The position numbers and the translations under genes are program-made. Shown in pieces: positions 1 to 13,400 of a stretch of 64,000 bases of DNA. This DNA is from the human T2T-CHM13v2.0 reference genome, Homo sapiens, in assembly GCF_009914755.1 (NCBI RefSeq), contig NC_060946.1; one strand, given 5' to 3'. Below the pieces are notes generated by a model. It did not search any database and was not told where the DNA came from. It worked only from the letters and a program-made list of their open reading frames with translations. Positions within the stretch are counted from its first letter, which is position 1. The number at the start of each line of letters is the position of its first letter.

Positions 1-717
1 AATAAAAAGTTTTAAATAATTAAATGTTTGGCACAGCGCATTAGACACAGAGCTCAGTCAGGTTAGCAGTTTGCATTAAAGTAAACCAATTTTGTTAGGT
101 GCCTACTAGATGCTGGGGCTATAGCAGGGGAACAGGGCAGAGCCCACCCTCATGGTCTTACCTTCTGGCATTGCCACGCCACATGATATAAGGTATTCTT
201 CTCTGAGCCTTGAGCCATGTCTACATTCACCCATTCCACAAATGTTAGTTGAATGTCTCGTATGTGCCAGGCAGGCCAGGTAAGGAGTAATACGCTGCCT
301 CTCCCTGCAGGTAGAAGACAGGTAGAGGCAGGGGTCTGAGATGAAATAGATGAGAGCTCCAAGGAAATGTGTGTTGGGATTACGATTTGGGAAGAAGAGC
401 GTCAGAGAGAACCTTCAGGAGTCATTAGAGAGGGGAGGGTCATCCAGGAGCAGGACACAGAGCATACAAAGGCCTGGAGTCACATTAAACTTAGTGGCTA
501 TTGGACTCCTTTTCTTTCCTAAACTCTGCAAATAGGTGTGATCAGGGACATGGCAACTTTAACCCTGACCGGCTTTATATTCACTACCTGTATCCTCTCA
601 CTTAATCTGCACAACAGTCCTGTAGTTATTGTTGTAAACGTGTAGGGATAGAGTCTTGCTTCTCTTATTTTACAGAAGCAGAGAGGTGGAATGCTGTGTC
701 CAAAGGCACCCAGTTAT

Positions 718-1221
<504 letters not shown>

Positions 1222-1364
1222 TGAACCTCATTTAGCCTGTTTTTTTTTTTCCTTGAAAATAAAGGTGGTTGTAATTATGATCTGGATTTCTTGAGGGCCT
1301 ACGACGCACCAGGCTCTGTGCTAAGTGTTATACACAGAGTATCTTGAGCTTCCCACTAAAGGCA

Positions 1365-1830
1365 AGTCGCGGGGGGCCCACCTGCGCCCTCTGTGCCCGC
1401 CTGGTAGCCCGCAGTTCTGTAAACAGCCACGAGGTGTCGCCCTCGGCCCGTGGTACCCTGACAGCGGCGGGGGCGGCCGGGCGCGCGCGGCCCATTCATC
1501 ACCGCGCGGCCGCGGCGCCCAGACAATGTGGGGAGCGGCCCTGGCCCGCGCCCGCGCGGCTGTCTGTACAAAGGATGCGCTGTTAACACGTGTACGGTAA
1601 TGGGCTCCCTCACGGCCTCCTCCCCGGCCACCCTCTCCCAGCCTGACGGATGGCCCGAGCCATCCATCTACATTATGTCATGGGCGGTGAGCCTCCTCCT
1701 CCGTCCAGTCCGTCTGGCCGTCCAGGACCAGCCATGGCCTTGGCCGTGCGCCCTACTTGGGCAACCCCCATTCCCTTCCCCTCTGCGGAAGGAACCTCGT
1801 GCGGAGTGAGGCCTACTACGTGCTGGGCCC
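1365..1830. promoter_or_regulatory. Small CpG island with no adjacent recognisable gene
   Basis: Very GC-rich and CpG-dense (GGGCGCGCGCGG; NotI site 1506-1513) against CpG-depleted flanks; not repeat-like. Confidence 0.85.
1410..1441 (+). promoter_or_regulatory. CTCF-like site: core plus upstream (ZF9-11) motif
   Basis: CGCAGTTCT-GTAAAC-AGCCACGAGGTGTCGC; core 1427-1440 resembles CCASYAGRKGGCRS, preceded by a GCAGTTC upstream motif at canonical spacing. Confidence 0.7.
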
Positions 1831-1967
1831 CAGCTGTGCTGTCTCCTTGATTTTCATGCAAGGTGATGTGGCTTATTAGCCCATCCTGCAGAGGAGGAAA
1901 CTGAGACTTGAAGCTGGGAAACCTTTATTCTAAGAACACACAGCTCTGGGGTTTGATAGAGTTGGAA

Positions 1968-3290
<1,323 letters not shown>

Positions 3291-3454
3291 TTCAGAACTA
3301 AGCTCTGTGGGACTCTAAAATTGGTCCTCTTTTTACTCCACTGAAGTGACAGGTATTTGCTCCCCCATAGGGATTGTGGAAGGAGCTGGTCAGGACTTGG
3401 TGGTTGTCTCAGGCTGGTCGGGCATGGAGCTGTGGGGAAGAACAATGACCCTGG

Positions 3455-3630
3455 AATAAACAATCTGGGTTCCAATCCTGGTTGGGCTATTGCTTTCCTT
3501 GGTTCACTGCCACTGAGACTCAGTTTTTTCATCTGTACAATGGAGATAATCGCACGTACCCTTGAGGTGGCTGTGAGATTAAACGAGGGGGTCCGAACAC
3601 ATGGAAGATGCTTGATAAACACAGCTGTGA
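3455..3630 (+). mobile_element. MIR
   Basis: Core CTCAGTTTTTTCATCTGTACAATGGAGATAAT. Confidence 0.75.
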
Positions 3631-5269
3631 TGACAAAGGCCTGTGAGGTCCCTGAGAAGAGGCCCCGGCTCTCCGCTCTCCCCAGCATGGTGTGAGGCTC
3701 TGAACCCAGAACTTACAGCTGTGTTCCTACCCTTGGGATGCAGGTATTGGGATGCATGGCTAGGAGTCCCTGAGACTCCCTGTGCAAATGAACTTTTTTT
3801 CAAGTGTCTTAACTCAAAGCACAGTTTTTCTTTGTCCTGCTGAAAACTGCAAGGGCCTCAGAGTGAAGCAGAAGGGATCACTGGGCTTTCAGGCAGAGGG
3901 AGGCAGTGGCTCAGGTGGACCCATCGTCTCTGCTGGGTCTCTCCTGGCTCCCACAGCCACTTTATCTGACGTGGATTCTGTGAGGGGGTTCAGAGATGAG
4001 TGAAGATCCCAGCTAGGAAAAGGCACCTGGAAAGGAGGTGTTATCACCTTCCTTGGTACTGGTGATGCAACTGAGGCTCAGACAGGTGAAAGCCACTTGA
4101 CCAAGGCCATACACCTCCCCCTTGAAAAGCAATGCAAAAAAGAGCTCCTGGCCTCTGGGCCTGAGGATCTTCAGGCATCATTCTGGGACATGCTGGGGAA
4201 AGTAGGCCTTCTCCCCATTGCGATCAGGGCCTCAGGAAAGTCCCTGTCTGCAGTGCACCTGCTCTGCCCCTCAGTGGGGCAGGGGGCTTTGGAGCCATGC
4301 AGGCCTGGGCTGAAATCTGGCTACCCACCACTTACTCTCTGAACTTCAGTCTCTTCATCTTTCCAGTGGAGATACTTATTGTTCCTGCCTCCAAGGTGGC
4401 TCTGAGGATAAAATAATTGAGGCGGGTACCAGCTTAGTATGGACTTGACCCTTAGTGAGTGCTTTGAAATAAAGACTATTACTATGGTTATTAATAACTG
4501 AGACAAGAGCTCTGCAACATAGATTCACATTGGGATGGCAGAGGCAGTGGGTGGGGTGGTGGTCAGACCGTTCCCCCATCAGGCATGGGCCCCAGAGCTG
4601 GAATGTTCAGGGCGTCAGGAAGCTGAGGGCGCTGTCCACTGGTGGACGGAGTTGGAGAAAACTGATTCTGACCCAGAAGGCAGCAGGTGGCAGGGCAGTT
4701 ACCGAATGCAGAGCTGCTGGAGATGAGAAGACCTCGGGTCATGGCTCTGCTGAAGCCCGGCTGTGGAGAATGGGTCTTGCTGGCTGGTGGGGCTTCCTGT
4801 CCCAGAGCCTGGGTTGTGCTGGGTGGTGGTGGGGCTGGGAAATGGCTTAGCCCCTCCTGCCCCTCCAGATGACAGACGGACAGATAGACAGACAGACGGA
4901 CACTCCACTAGGGGAACATCACCCATTTCTCATGGGTGTAGCCTCCTACTTCTCCAGCATCCTTCCGGAAATTTGTTTCCCTGGCTGTTGCTTCTCTCTG
5001 TGTATTTGTGTTCCCTGGGGCCTGGCCCCTAGCAGGGGCTGGCTCCTAGCAGGTGCTCAGTTAATGCCTGCTGGGGTCAGGGGGAATGAATCGACATCGT
5101 CTCTTTAGAGTTGAAGGTGGAAATTTGAAGTTCAGCCCCCTGTCATCTCCCCAGATGGAGGCTGATGTTGTCATGCAGAGAACCCAAGCAACCAGGGCTG
5201 TGCACAGAGTTCCCAGACGGGGCTCATGTTGTCTGTGGCTCCATGCAGAGACCCTGTGGACACAGCATG

Positions 5270-5850
5270 GTGTTGGGGTCAATGGACAGGCTCTGGCGTC
5301 GAATCTGGGCTCCACACCTGCTGGGTGAGCTTAGAAGGGACTTGGTTTCTCTGAGCCTCAGTTTCCTCCTCTGTAAAACAGGGATAATAGTAGTGCCTGC
5401 TTTGGGGTGTCTAAACAGTGTATTGGCCATTGTAAGAGCTCAGTCATGGCCAGGCATGGTTGTCCCAGTGGAAAGGGTGTGGGTGAGTGTTGTGGTATGG
5501 GGGTTTCTAAAAGACTCAGCCTGCTCGGGAAGTCACTAGAAAGGATCAAGGTCTGGCTTGAAGCCACTTGCCTTCACAGAGTCTCTGTTTCTTCATCTGT
5601 AAAATAGGCTAGTTCAAGTATCTACTTGATGGGATTTGGTGAGGTCAGAGTGTAAAGGCTGAGCACAGAGCCTGGTCTAGAAGGAGTGGTTAGTAAAGAG
5701 ATGGTGTTGATGAAGGAGGAAGTGGAGGAAGGAGGGGAGGATGCACTCCGAATAAAGATTTGTAGAATCCAGCTCCTATGATGCCCCATCTCGCTGAATA
5801 ATCTTGGGCAAGTTGCTCTGTCCTCTTGCCTCAGTTTCCATATCAGTCAA
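5270..5850 (+). mobile_element. Cluster of three MIR fragments
   Basis: Repeated CCTCAGTTTCCTC..CTGTAAAA-type cores near 5355, 5585 and 5830. Confidence 0.75.
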
Positions 5851-6230
5851 TGAAAGAGATGAATAAAATCCCAGACCACTGGGTGTCTGTGGGAAGGGTG
5901 GGTTTCTACACATAGGTACTGGATGGGGGATGTGACAAGACCACAGAAGGCAGCTGAGTGGCTCAAGCTCATGGGCAAGGGCTGCCCAGTGACCTCACCC
6001 CTTGGCCTCAAACTTCTCCCTTCCTTGGCAACAGGGATCAAGAAAGAGTGGACATTATTTCCTGACCACCTCCTGTAGGCCGGGTCCTGATGCAAGGACC
6101 ACGCATGTTCCAATTCCTGTGCTATTCTCACTGACCCCCTCAAGGCAGAAACAGGAATGAACCCATTTTCTAGCAGAGGAAACTGAGGACTGAGGCCATG
6201 CAGTGGGAAGTGGTGGGCTTTCTTTGCTTC

Positions 6231-6532
6231 TTTTTTTTTTTTTTTTTTGAGACAGAATCTCACTCTATCACCCAGGCTGGAATGCAGTGGTGGGAGCTCC
6301 ACTCCCTGCAACCTCCACCTCCTGGGCTCGAGCGATCCTCCCACCTTAGCCTCCTGATAGCTGGGATGACAGGCTCATGCCATCACACCCTGCTAATTTT
6401 TTGTATTTTTTTGGTAGAGAGGGGGTTTCACTATGTTTCCCAGGCTAGTCTCAAACTCCGTGCCTCAAGCTATCCTCCCGCCTCGGCTTTCCAAAGTACT
6501 GGGATTACAGGTGTGAGCCACTGTGCCTGGCC
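6231..6532 (-). mobile_element. AluJ inserted in a MIR
   Basis: Poly-T then diverged reverse Alu with J-type GGGCTCGAGCGATCCTCCCACC. Confidence 0.93.
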
Positions 6533-6942
6533 CCAGCATCGGAATTCTAAGTCCAGAATCTTCACTATGAGCCTATGTGTCTCCCTTTAGATAGCCACAG
6601 CTCCAGCCTCCTGAACAATGGCTCTGCCCCGAAAGGGAGGGCAGGAGTGGCTCACGGAGGGCTTGACACCAGCTCATCCCTGCCTGCTCCTCTGACATTT
6701 GGTGAATCAATGATAGGGTGCATTTTGTGAAACCCTGGACTGTGTGCCACGAGGACCAGCTGCCTCTGTCTCTGTCTCAGTCACCATCCTCTCCTCCACC
6801 TAGCACAGCGTCTCATGCAAAGCAGGCAGTTTAATTTTCCTTCCCCATCTCTGCAGCATGTGTCTTGTATACAGTAAGCACTTACCATGCAGTAGAATTG
6901 TCCAGTTCTGTAGCAAGAAGGGCCTTTTGAAATTCTAAAGCA

Positions 6943-7466
<524 letters not shown>

Positions 7467-7949
7467 TTACCCCACACCAGGAGGATGGGCGTGCAAAATG
7501 TTTCATGTCAGAGAGAGGCCTCGGGTAAACATAAATCCCCTTGACTTCAGAAAGAAACCGGTGCCAGTGACTAAGCCACAGTGAATAAGGAGGCTTCTCT
7601 GTATTGGGTGTGCCAGGCTCTGTACTGGGTGCTGGAGGGCACAGAAATGAGTAAGAGATGGCCCTGAGGGGCTCAGAGACCAGCATGGGAGACAGACAGA
7701 CAGACATACACACACGCAGACAAGGCTTATCTTTGCGTGGCATTGGTTACAGTCTGACATATTAATGTTGCTTAAATGAATATTGGGGATTGGCCATTGG
7801 AAGAGAAAATTCTGTCCCCCTGGAGAGTCGGCAGCTGGGGGTGGGACTCTTGTTCTTTTGAGCTTAGAATGTTTCATATCACAGGCCTGGGCTGACACAG
7901 CCGGTAGTCAGACACAGTCCTGCCCTTGACTTACTCAGGGCAGAGACAG

Positions 7950-8325
7950 GCCTTGTCTGCCAAAACAAAGACCCACGGACTGGGCGGCTTATACATGGAA
8001 ATGTGTTCTTTCTCTGTTCTGGAGGTTGAAGTCTGAAGCCCAGGTGTTGGCACCTCGGGCAGCCTCAGGGATTCGTGGGTTTGTAGACGGCCTTATTCCC
8101 AGCTTTCTCCCCACGTTTTCACACTGTTTTCCCTCTATGGTGATCTGTGTCCAAATCTCCCTTTTGAATAAGGGCACAGTCATTTTGGAGAAGGGCCTAC
8201 CCTAACTAACAACCTCATCTGAACTCCATCATCTGCAAAGACTATTTCCAAACAAGGTCCCGTTCACAGTTCCTGGGGATTAGGACTTTAACATTGTTTT
8301 GGGTGACACAACCTAACCCATGATA
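7950..8325 (-). mobile_element. MLT1 (A-C-like) MaLR LTR
   Basis: CCACGGACTGGGCGGCTTA..TTCTGGAGGTTGAAGTCTGA..CATCTGCAAAGACTATTTCCAAACAAGGTC. Confidence 0.85.
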
Positions 8326-9144
8326 GGCCCATAATGAAATAAACATGATACAGTGGTTTCTGAGCATCAGTTGTATACCTGGCATGGTGCCAGGCCCTGG
8401 GCATTCCAAGATGCTGAGGCGACATTCCTGCCCTCATGGTGCCCTGAGCACATTGAAGGAGACGAATCATTGCTGGGGGAGAGGACCACAGCGCAGGGTG
8501 TGGGCTGAGGGTGGCGGCACGTGAGCTACATCTCTGGCTTGCAGGAGGCACATGGGGATGCTCCTTTGCTATGTTTCTGGCTTGCAAGGGGCACCCCGGG
8601 ATGTTCCTAGAAAGGAAGGTGGCATGATGGTGACAGCCTTGATGCCAGGAGAGGAGCTAGCAACTGAACCACAGAGACATTCCCAGCAGTCAACAGGAGC
8701 CACAGATTGATGAGCTAAAGAGTTGTGCAAACAGTGTTTGTTTGTTTTGTTTGGAGAGGGAAGTCCGTGTGTTTAGAGCTCAGCTTGTCTCCCTCCCTCA
8801 TGTTACAGGGGAAGAATCGGAGGTTCCGAGTGGGGAGTGACTCTCGCAAGGCCACGTGGCCAGCCACGGCCAAGAGCGACACCAGAAGGTGATAGTTCTA
8901 CTTGCTTCTGAGTCCTTAGAGCGCATAGCCTAGTCTGCAGTTACAAACATGCTTGTTCAAAACACAACAGCCGTTGCTGATGACAATAGAAGTCGTTTGC
9001 CTGGTTTCGTTCATCTGCATCTCTAGGGGTTAGTAAATTTGCAGCCAATTTTCAAGGATTTCAAATTGAATTTCTAGGTAGCTTCTACTGAAACGTGGAG
9101 AAGTGATTCCTGGTTCCCATGTTTATCCTGTAAAGGGCTGGGCG

Positions 9145-10070
9145 GAATATTCATTCATCTGCTGAGTGTTTACTGACCATGAATTTTTTGTTGGGCCCCG
9201 AGATGAGGAGCTTTAAAAAAGACAGCCTCTCTTGGAATCCAAAAATGCTGTTGCTGCTTCAGCCTCATAAAGTTCAGTGTGCAGTGGGAAAGAGAAGCTG
9301 ACAAATGGATTGTCAGAATCCAGGTTGCAGAGTGGAGAGGGCTTGGTTAATGGGTCCAAACATGCAGTTAAATAGAAAAAATAAGTTCTAGTGTTCGATA
9401 GCACAGTAGGGGGACTAGTCTTAACAATAACTTATTGTATATTTCAAAATAGCTGGAAGAGAAGGTTGAAATGCTCCCAACACTAATGCTCCTAACAAGA
9501 AATGATAAATGGTGGAGGCGATGGATACCCCAATATCCCAATTACTCTGATTTGATCATTATACATTGTAGGCATACATCAGACTATCACTTGTGCCCCA
9601 TAAATATGTACTATTATTATGAGTCGATAAAAAAGAATCCAAGTAGCATGGTTGGAGCATGCCAGGAAGGCTGTGGGGGTCTCAAGGAAGTGTCTGACCT
9701 GCCTGGGGGTCAGGGATGGCTTCGTGAAAGAAATGATGCCTCAGCTGAGTCTTGAAAGACAAGATGGAATTCCCCACACGGGAGAGAGGAGCGGATGGCT
9801 GGGAAAAGCTGTTAAATGGAAAGCCATTAAATGTCCCTGGCCATGAGGCTGGAAGCAGGGGGAGTAGACAGGGAGAGATTAGCAAAGCCTTGATGTCATG
9901 GGAAGGATCTTGAGCTTTATCTAGAAGGTAACAGGTAGCTACAGAAGAGTTTAGAGCAGAAGAGTGACGTAACATTTGCCTTTTTTGAGGGATCCCTCTG
10001 CCTACCATGAGGGGAAGAACTGGGAGCAGAGGCAGAGGCCAGTGAGGAGATGGCTGCAATTGTACAAGTG
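9145..10070 (-). mobile_element. L2 fragment interrupted by L1MA
   Basis: ATTCATTCA..TTTACTGA start of a reverse L2 3' end; L2-like text resumes after 9640. Confidence 0.7.
9331..9634 (+). mobile_element. L1MA 3' end
   Basis: AATAAGTTCTAGTGTTCGATAGCACAGTAGG..CCCCATAAATATGTAC; degenerate TSD AGAATCCAGGTTGCA / AGAATCCAAGTAGCA. Confidence 0.88.
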
Positions 10071-10362
10071 GGATACCTTTAATATTAATAATTATTACAA
10101 TATATCATGGTGTACCAGACACTGTTCTAAGAATCTTACATGTTCTAGTTCCTTCATCCCCACGTGTTAAAGTGCATATAAAACTCTTAACTTGGGGCCT
10201 GGCATAGGGTAAGTATCCAACAAATTATCCACACAGTATTAGCAATCTACATGAACTGTTCGTCCCATTTTGCAGATGAGGATTGGGGTTCACAGTGTTT
10301 GAGTAACTTACCGTATTGAAGGCTGTGATGCACAGCCTAGACTCATCTAATGGAAGAAAGGA

Positions 10363-10537
10363 TTTTTTTTCTCTCTCTTTCTTTCTTTTTAGAGACAGGG
10401 TCTTGTTCTGTCACCCAGACTGAAGTGCAGTAGTGCAATCATAGCTCATCGCAGCCTTGAACTCCTGGCTTCAAGTGATCCTCCTGCTTCAGCCTCCCAA
10501 GTAGGTAGGGCTGCAGTGTGAGCCACTGCGCCTGGCT
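10363..10537 (-). mobile_element. Free Alu monomer (FRAM/FAM-like)
   Basis: Single reverse monomer ending GTGAGCCACTGCGCCTGGC. Confidence 0.85.
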
Positions 10538-10544
10538 GGAAGGA

Positions 10545-10910
10545 TTTATTTATAACTGCTGAGAGAATTGCCCTCTTCAGGGCTGCCCCAGCGCAGGAAA
10601 ACTGCATCACCCAAGTTCACTCCCTTCTGGGGTCAACCCATATCCAATGACTGATAGATGCAAGAGGATAAAGGCCTGACCTCCTTATCCCAACTTGAGA
10701 CAGCTCCAAAGGGCCAACCAGTTTCAGAGCGCCCCATAGGATTGGCTGAGACCTTTGTTGAACCTTCACCATGGCTCAACTTCTCCCTGTTCCCAACTCT
10801 GCTTCTTTTTCCTCTTCTCCAAAGGTGTTGATCCAAGAACACTTCCTACTAAACATGCTGCCCGCTAAACTCTGCCCCAGCATCTGCTTCCCAGGAACCA
10901 GTCTGTGACA
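10545..10910 (+). mobile_element. LTR16-family (LTR16C-like) ERVL LTR
   Basis: CCATATCCAATGACTGAT..GGTGTTGATCC..CTGCTTCCCAGGAACC..GTGACA terminus. Confidence 0.78.
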
Positions 10911-10963
10911 CTTTCCCAAGGTAGTACAGCCAGTAATCAGCAGAGCCAGGAAACAAACCTTGA

Positions 10964-11223
10964 CTTTTTTAGAGACAGGGTCTCACTCTGTTGCCCAGTC
11001 TGGAATAATGTGGTGGTGTGATCAAAGCTCACTGCAATCTCAAACTCCTGGGCTCAAGTGATTCTCCCACCTCAGCATCCCAAGTAACTGAGACTACAGG
11101 CATGCACCACCATGCCTGGCTAATTCTAAATTTTGTTTTTGTAGAGACAGGGTCTCACTATGTTACTCAGGCTGGTCTTGAACTCCAGGCTGTAAGTGCT
11201 CCTCCCGCTTTGACCTCCCCAAA
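10964..11223 (-). mobile_element. AluJ, 5'-truncated
   Basis: Two reverse monomers with GAGACAGGGTCTCAC; J-type features. Confidence 0.9.
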
Positions 11224-11405
11224 CCTCCACTCATTTGATTGCAAAATCTCCATTCTGCCTTCATGCCACTCTATGTTTACCAAGTCTGTTGACTTTCTGA
11301 ACTTTGGTTCCCTTGTTTGTAAAGTGAGAGTGTATCAGTCAGCTTAGTCCAGGTTATGCTGAGGTAACAAACATCTCCAAAATTATCTATGGCTTCCAAA
11401 GATAG

Positions 11406-11958
11406 TGAGAGGTGAAGCTGGCTGGGCTTCTGGGTCAGGTGGGGACTTGGAGAACTTTTCTGTCTAGCTAAAGGATTGTAAATGCACCAGTCAGCACTCT
11501 GTGTCTAGCTAAAGGTTTGTAAACACACCAATCAGCGCTCTGTCAAAAGTGACCAATCAGCACTCTGTAAACGGACCAATCAGCATTCTGTAAAATGGAC
11601 CAATCAGCAGGATGTGGGTGGGGCCAAATAAGGGAATAAAAGCAGGCCACCCGAGCCCGCACCGGCAACCAGCTTGGGTCCCCTCCGACGGTGTGGAAGC
11701 TTTGTTCCTTGGCTCCTCACAGAAAATTCTGCTGCTGCACACCTGGGGGTTGGCACTACCTTCATGAGCTGTAACACTCGCCACGAAGGTCTGCGGCTTC
11801 ACTCCTGAAGCCACTGAGACCACGAGCCCACCTGGAGGAACCAGCAACTCCAGAAGAGCCGCCTTTATGAACTGTAACTCTTACCACGAGGGTTTGCGGC
11901 TTCATTCTTGAAGTCAGCGAGACCAAGAACCCACCGGAAGGAACGAATTCCGGACACA
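11406..11958 (+). mobile_element. LTR12F (ERV9) solo LTR
   Basis: TGAGAGGTGAAG start, GGACACA end; tandem CCAATCAGC units; GAATAAAAGC box; TSD ATAG/AGAG. Confidence 0.93.
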
Positions 11959-11962
11959 AGAG

Positions 11963-12152
11963 GGTGACCAAAACTTGTTTTGGTTTGCCCAGGACTTTCT
12001 TAGGTTTAGCACTAGAATCCTGCATTCCAGGAAATCTCTCAGTCTCAGGCACCCCAAAACAATTTACTTGGGACTGTCAGTTTTAGAACTGAAAGTCATG
12101 CATCTCAGGAACCCCCGCAGACCTTCAAAAACCAGGAAGGTTAGTCACCCTA
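11963..12152 (+). mobile_element. MER81-like hAT-Blackjack MITE with internal duplication
   Basis: (TAG)GGTGACCA..GTCACCCTA TIRs; the GGACT..TTTAG(C/A)ACT(A)GAA..CAGGAA block occurs twice. Confidence 0.8.
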
Positions 12153-12519
12153 TAAAAAGCAAAGGTTTATTTTTCATTCAAGTTACATGTTCATCACTCA
12201 CACTTTTATCATTACGTGATGAAAAGTGGCTGATGCTTTGCTTAAAATACTTTTTACCCATAACTCAGGTCAGTGGACATTGCTAGTCCGAAGGCAGTTG
12301 AGAAAAGAGATTCAGAGAAGCATGCACGATCTCTTGCAGATTCTACCCAGAAGTGACACAAGTCACCCCTGCTCTGATTTCACTGGCTAGAACAGATCAC
12401 ATGACCAAGCTGCGAGGAATGGGGCAGGATATTTGCTGGGGATGGGCGGGTACGGGGGATATTCAGGGAGGGAATCTGGGGTACTTGGACGCTGCTTGGA
12501 GGAAGCATTCTAAAACATC

Positions 12520-13400
12520 TTGGGTGGCAGCTAAATGCTTCTTTTCGGAGCGCCCTGCATTTTGCAATGCTCTGCCATGCTAATGATTTGAAACGGTGGC
12601 TAATCTGACAAGCCAATTGGAGTCCCCGTGATTGCATTTGACTCTCTGACTAATGACAAGAGATGAACTCCCTTTTCTTAGTGCAACTTACGGTTGGATA
12701 GACTTGGGCCATCGCCCGGTCCCAATGTTCAAAATGTTGCCTTGTAAATTGTCTAATAAAGTAATAAAGAAAGGGACTTGCTAAATGATTTGTCTTTTAA
12801 CCGTTGTAATGGGATTTTTTTTGGGTAACATTGTTTTATGTTAGAATGCAAAAATTATCACACGTAATTAGAATCATTTCAATTCAAGTCTCTGCCAGGC
12901 CTCTGACATATACTGCGACTTGTGCCACGTCGAGCAAGTCAGCTCGTAAAACCTAATCAACTACAATTTAAAAATGCAGTCAGATTTGGAGTGGTGCGGC
13001 AGAGACGAGTAGGGAAGGCTGCCCAAGCTGGCTTTGCCTTGGAGAGTGAAGAAAGAAAGAGGGAAGAAGGGGAAAGAAGGCAAGAAGACAAAAGCCACCA
13101 GTGTGTCTATTCAGCTTCATTAGGGGACCGATGGGAGGCAGGTGGTTGCTTTCTGCTGGGGTGGCCTCGGACCCGACTGGCCTTGGGTCAACCTTGATGC
13201 TCTTAATTATCCCCCCTTCAGCACCTCTCAGATCTGACATTTGTGTCACCGGGTTTCATTTCCTTCAGGCCGACCAGGTCTGTGTGTCTGCTTAATATTT
13301 AATCGTAATCATGCAGACACATGTATGTATCATTTATCTCCAAAAGCTGTAGTATAAATGTTTAACCAGAAAAGCACACGGCAACTCATGTCATCTCACA
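12520..13400. promoter_or_regulatory. Candidate developmental enhancer (repeat-free, homeodomain-motif rich)
   Basis: ATGCTAAT 12577, CATTGTT 12829, TAATTA 12865, CTCGTAAAA 12943; no repeat similarity recognised. Confidence 0.5.

Larger units (their letters stand above)
11331..12430 (-). mobile_element. Old MLT1 (K/L-like) LTR hosting MER81 and LTR12F
   Basis: TGTATCAG..TATGCTGAGGTAACAAAC start; resumes at 12153 (CAAAGGTTTATTTT) and ~12345 (CAGAAGTGACACA..CACATGACCAA). Confidence 0.65.

Noticed and set aside
1325-1861. Overlapping Arg/Gly/Pro/Ala-rich ORFs in the CpG island
   Set aside because: Stops are rare in GC-rich DNA; the ORFs occur on both strands with no recognisable domain or splice structure.
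11480-11610. Short regularly spaced direct repeats, superficially CRISPR-like
   Set aside because: These are the CCAAT tandem units of the LTR12 U3; no unique spacers, no cas genes, eukaryotic DNA.
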